Source: Alphaproteobacteria bacterium
Lineage (GTDB): Bacteria > Pseudomonadota > Alphaproteobacteria > JAOXRX01
NCBI GenBank assembly: GCA_025800285.1
Contig: JAOXRX010000062.1
Location: 2,346 to 66,345 of the forward strand
Direction: 5' to 3'
Length of the DNA stretch: 64,000 nt
Below are positions 62,214-64,000 of the stretch, one piece after another. The notes under the pieces are model-generated. The model was not told the DNA's origin, searched no databases, and saw nothing but the letters and a program-made list of their open reading frames with translations. Made by a program: the position numbers and the translations under genes. Position 1 is the first letter of the stretch. The number at the start of each line of letters is the position of its first letter.

Positions 62214-62624
62214 CTAGTGGTTTCTAGTTATGAATTTAGTGTTAACAGGAAGTTTAGCAGAAGCTAAAGCAAAAGCTTCTCTTGCGATTTCTTCTTCAAC
62301 ACCGTCTAATTCAAACATAACTCTTCCAGGTTTAACTCTAGCTACCCAATGATCTACAGAACCCTTACCTTTACCTTGTCTAACCTCTAAAGGTTTTTTA
62401 GTCACAGGAACATCTGGGAAGATTCTAATCCATAATCTACCTTTTCTTTTCATGTGTCTAGTAATAGCTCTTCTAGCAGCCTCGATTTGTCTTGAAGTAA
62501 TTCTCTCAGGAGAAAGTGCTTTAAGACCATAAGCCCCAAAGTTCAGAGTAGTTCCACCTTTAGCGTTACCATGAATTCTACCTTTATGAGCTTTTTTAAA
62601 TTTAGTTCTTTTTGGTTGTAACAT
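62214..62624 (-). CDS. rplP: 50S ribosomal protein L16.
   Basis: [16 protein letters not shown]. Confidence 0.95.
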   Translation of the reverse strand: MLQPKRTKFKKAHKGRIHGNAKGGTTLNFGAYGLKALSPERITSRQIEAARRAITRHMKRKGRLWIRIFPDVPVTKKPLEVRQGKGKGSVDHWVARVKPGRVMFELDGVEEEIAREAFALASAKLPVNTKFITRNH

Positions 62625-62633
62625 TTACTTCTC

Positions 62634-63314
62634 CTATCTTACTTTGCTATTTTTCATAGCACGATTGTCTCTAGCTTGAGGGTTATGTTCCATAACTTCA
62701 CCTTTGAAAACCCAAACTTTAACACCGATGATACCGTATGTTGTTAAAGCTTCTGAGAAACCATAGTCAATATCAGCTCTTAGAGTAGCTAGAGGAACTC
62801 TACCTTCTCTGTACCATTCTGTTCTAGCAATCTCAGCACCGCCAAGTCTACCTGCACAGTTAATTCTGATACCACCAACACCTAACCTCATCGCTGACTG
62901 TTGAGCTCTTTTCATAGCTCTTCTGAAAGAAACTCTTCTTTCAAGTTGGTTAGCAATTGTTTCAGATATAAGTTGAGCATCTGTTTCTGGTTTTCTGATT
63001 TCGATAATGTTTAGAGCTACAGGAGTTCCAAATTTCTTAACGATTTTCTTTTTAAGAGTTTCGATATCTGCACCTTTTTTACCGATAATAATACCAGGTC
63101 TTGAAGTGTGGATATTTACTTTAACTTTATCAGCTGCTCTTTCGATTACAACTCTAGAAACACCAGCTTGCTTAAGTTCTTTTTTGATAAATTTTCTTAG
63201 CTCTAAGTCTTGGTGAATTTTATCTGCATAGTCTTCTTTACCTGCATACCAAAGACTTTCCCAAGTTCTGTTGATACCAAGTCTAAGACCGATTGGATTT
63301 ACTTTTTGTCCCAT
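62634..63314 (-). CDS. rpsC: 30S ribosomal protein S3.
   Basis: [18 protein letters not shown]. Confidence 0.95.
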   Translation of the reverse strand: MGQKVNPIGLRLGINRTWESLWYAGKEDYADKIHQDLELRKFIKKELKQAGVSRVVIERAADKVKVNIHTSRPGIIIGKKGADIETLKKKIVKKFGTPVALNIIEIRKPETDAQLISETIANQLERRVSFRRAMKRAQQSAMRLGVGGIRINCAGRLGGAEIARTEWYREGRVPLATLRADIDYGFSEALTTYGIIGVKVWVFKGEVMEHNPQARDNRAMKNSKVR

Positions 63315-63691
63315 TATTTTTTCTCCTCAACTTCTTTCACAACAATAGTAAGATTACTGAATGGTTTCAAAATTCTAGCACCACGACCTTTAGCTCTTGC
63401 TCTAAATCTTTTCATAACGATAGATTTACCAACGAAAGCTTCGCTCACGATTAATTTATCAACATTTAAGTTGTGATTGTTTTCCGCATTAGCAATAGCT
63501 GAGTTTAAAACAGCTTTTACTTCATTTGCAACTCTTCTTTTACAGAAGTCAAGAGCTCTTAAAGCTTCAGCGACATTTTTACCTCTAATTAAAGCTGCTA
63601 CTAAGTTCATTTTTCTTGGGCTAGTTCTAATGTGTTTAGCAAAAGCTCTAGCTTCATTTTTCTCTACTCTTGGAGCATTTGTTTTCGCCAT
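63314..63691 (-). CDS. rplV: 50S ribosomal protein L22.
   Basis: 125 aa, L22-like. Confidence 0.9.
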   Translation of the reverse strand: MAKTNAPRVEKNEARAFAKHIRTSPRKMNLVAALIRGKNVAEALRALDFCKRRVANEVKAVLNSAIANAENNHNLNVDKLIVSEAFVGKSIVMKRFRARAKGRGARILKPFSNLTIVVKEVEEKK

Positions 63692-63693
63692 AA

Positions 63694-63972
63694 CTAACCT
63701 CTTTTCGCTTTCTTGTCTGCACCGTGACCATAGTATGTTCTAGTCGGAGCAAATTCACCAAACTTATGTCCAATCATATCTTCAGTCACTAGAACAGGAA
63801 TAAATTTCTGCCCGTTATGAACACCGAATGTTAGACCAACGAATTGTGGTAAGATTGTAGATCTTCTAGACCATGTTTTAATAACATCACTTCTTCCAGA
63901 TTCTCTAACTTTCTCAGCCTTTTTAAGTAAGTAGCCATCAAAGAAAGGCCCTTTCCATATAGATCTTGTCAT
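63694..63972 (-). CDS. rpsS: 30S ribosomal protein S19.
   Basis: [18 protein letters not shown]. Confidence 0.95.
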   Translation of the reverse strand: MTRSIWKGPFFDGYLLKKAEKVRESGRSDVIKTWSRRSTILPQFVGLTFGVHNGQKFIPVLVTEDMIGHKFGEFAPTRTYYGHGADKKAKRG

Positions 63973-64000
63973 AATAAAATACCTTTCTATTTAGTTCTTC

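Noticed and set aside
1-64000. CRISPR arrays, rRNA genes, intact IS elements or prophage
   Set aside because: No regularly spaced short direct repeats with unique spacers were seen. No 16S or 23S conserved blocks, transposase or integrase ORFs were seen. Repeats present are MITE-like, REP-like or att-like only.

Overview
This is an AT-rich (about 30% GC) bacterial chromosomal segment. Three genes point to an alphaproteobacterium, probably a Rickettsiales- or Holosporales-like endosymbiont: an alpha-type L36 (bL36), GapR (DUF2312) and an alpha-type SspB. Small palindromic MITE-like repeats scattered through the window fit that picture. Most of the window is housekeeping: kdsD, an ADP-forming acetyl-CoA synthetase, gltX, gatC-gatA-gatB, alr, cmk-rpsA, lnt-corC-ybeY, rnd, mutS, glgX-malQ, deoA, pyk, pfk, an LPS-core glycosyltransferase trio, prfA, a RodZ-like gene, mtaB, ftsY, tRNA-Cys, tRNA-Leu, rnpB, and a large S10/spc ribosomal-protein block on the minus strand. 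The conserved operons are unusually broken up. The gatCAB operon carries an inserted nucleotidyltransferase plus a DUF559 endonuclease-like gene bracketed by GC-rich hairpin repeats. The spc operon is interrupted twice, once by ddl plus a HEAT-repeat protein and once by a hypothetical protein, an asparaginase-like gene with a substituted catalytic Thr motif and an EamA transporter; a repeat and terminator module sits at the second junction. secY is absent after rplO, where rnpB and rpmJ follow instead. Other accessory-looking features are: an extremely A-rich island of four lysine-rich orphan genes sharing a repeated Trp-containing motif; a signal-anchored GH24 lysozyme between cmk and rpsA; and a 93-bp direct duplication of the tRNA-Cys 3' end that may be an integration scar. 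There is no CRISPR array, no rRNA gene and no complete prophage or IS element. Coordinates of RNA genes, repeats and terminators were counted by hand and may be off by a few bases.
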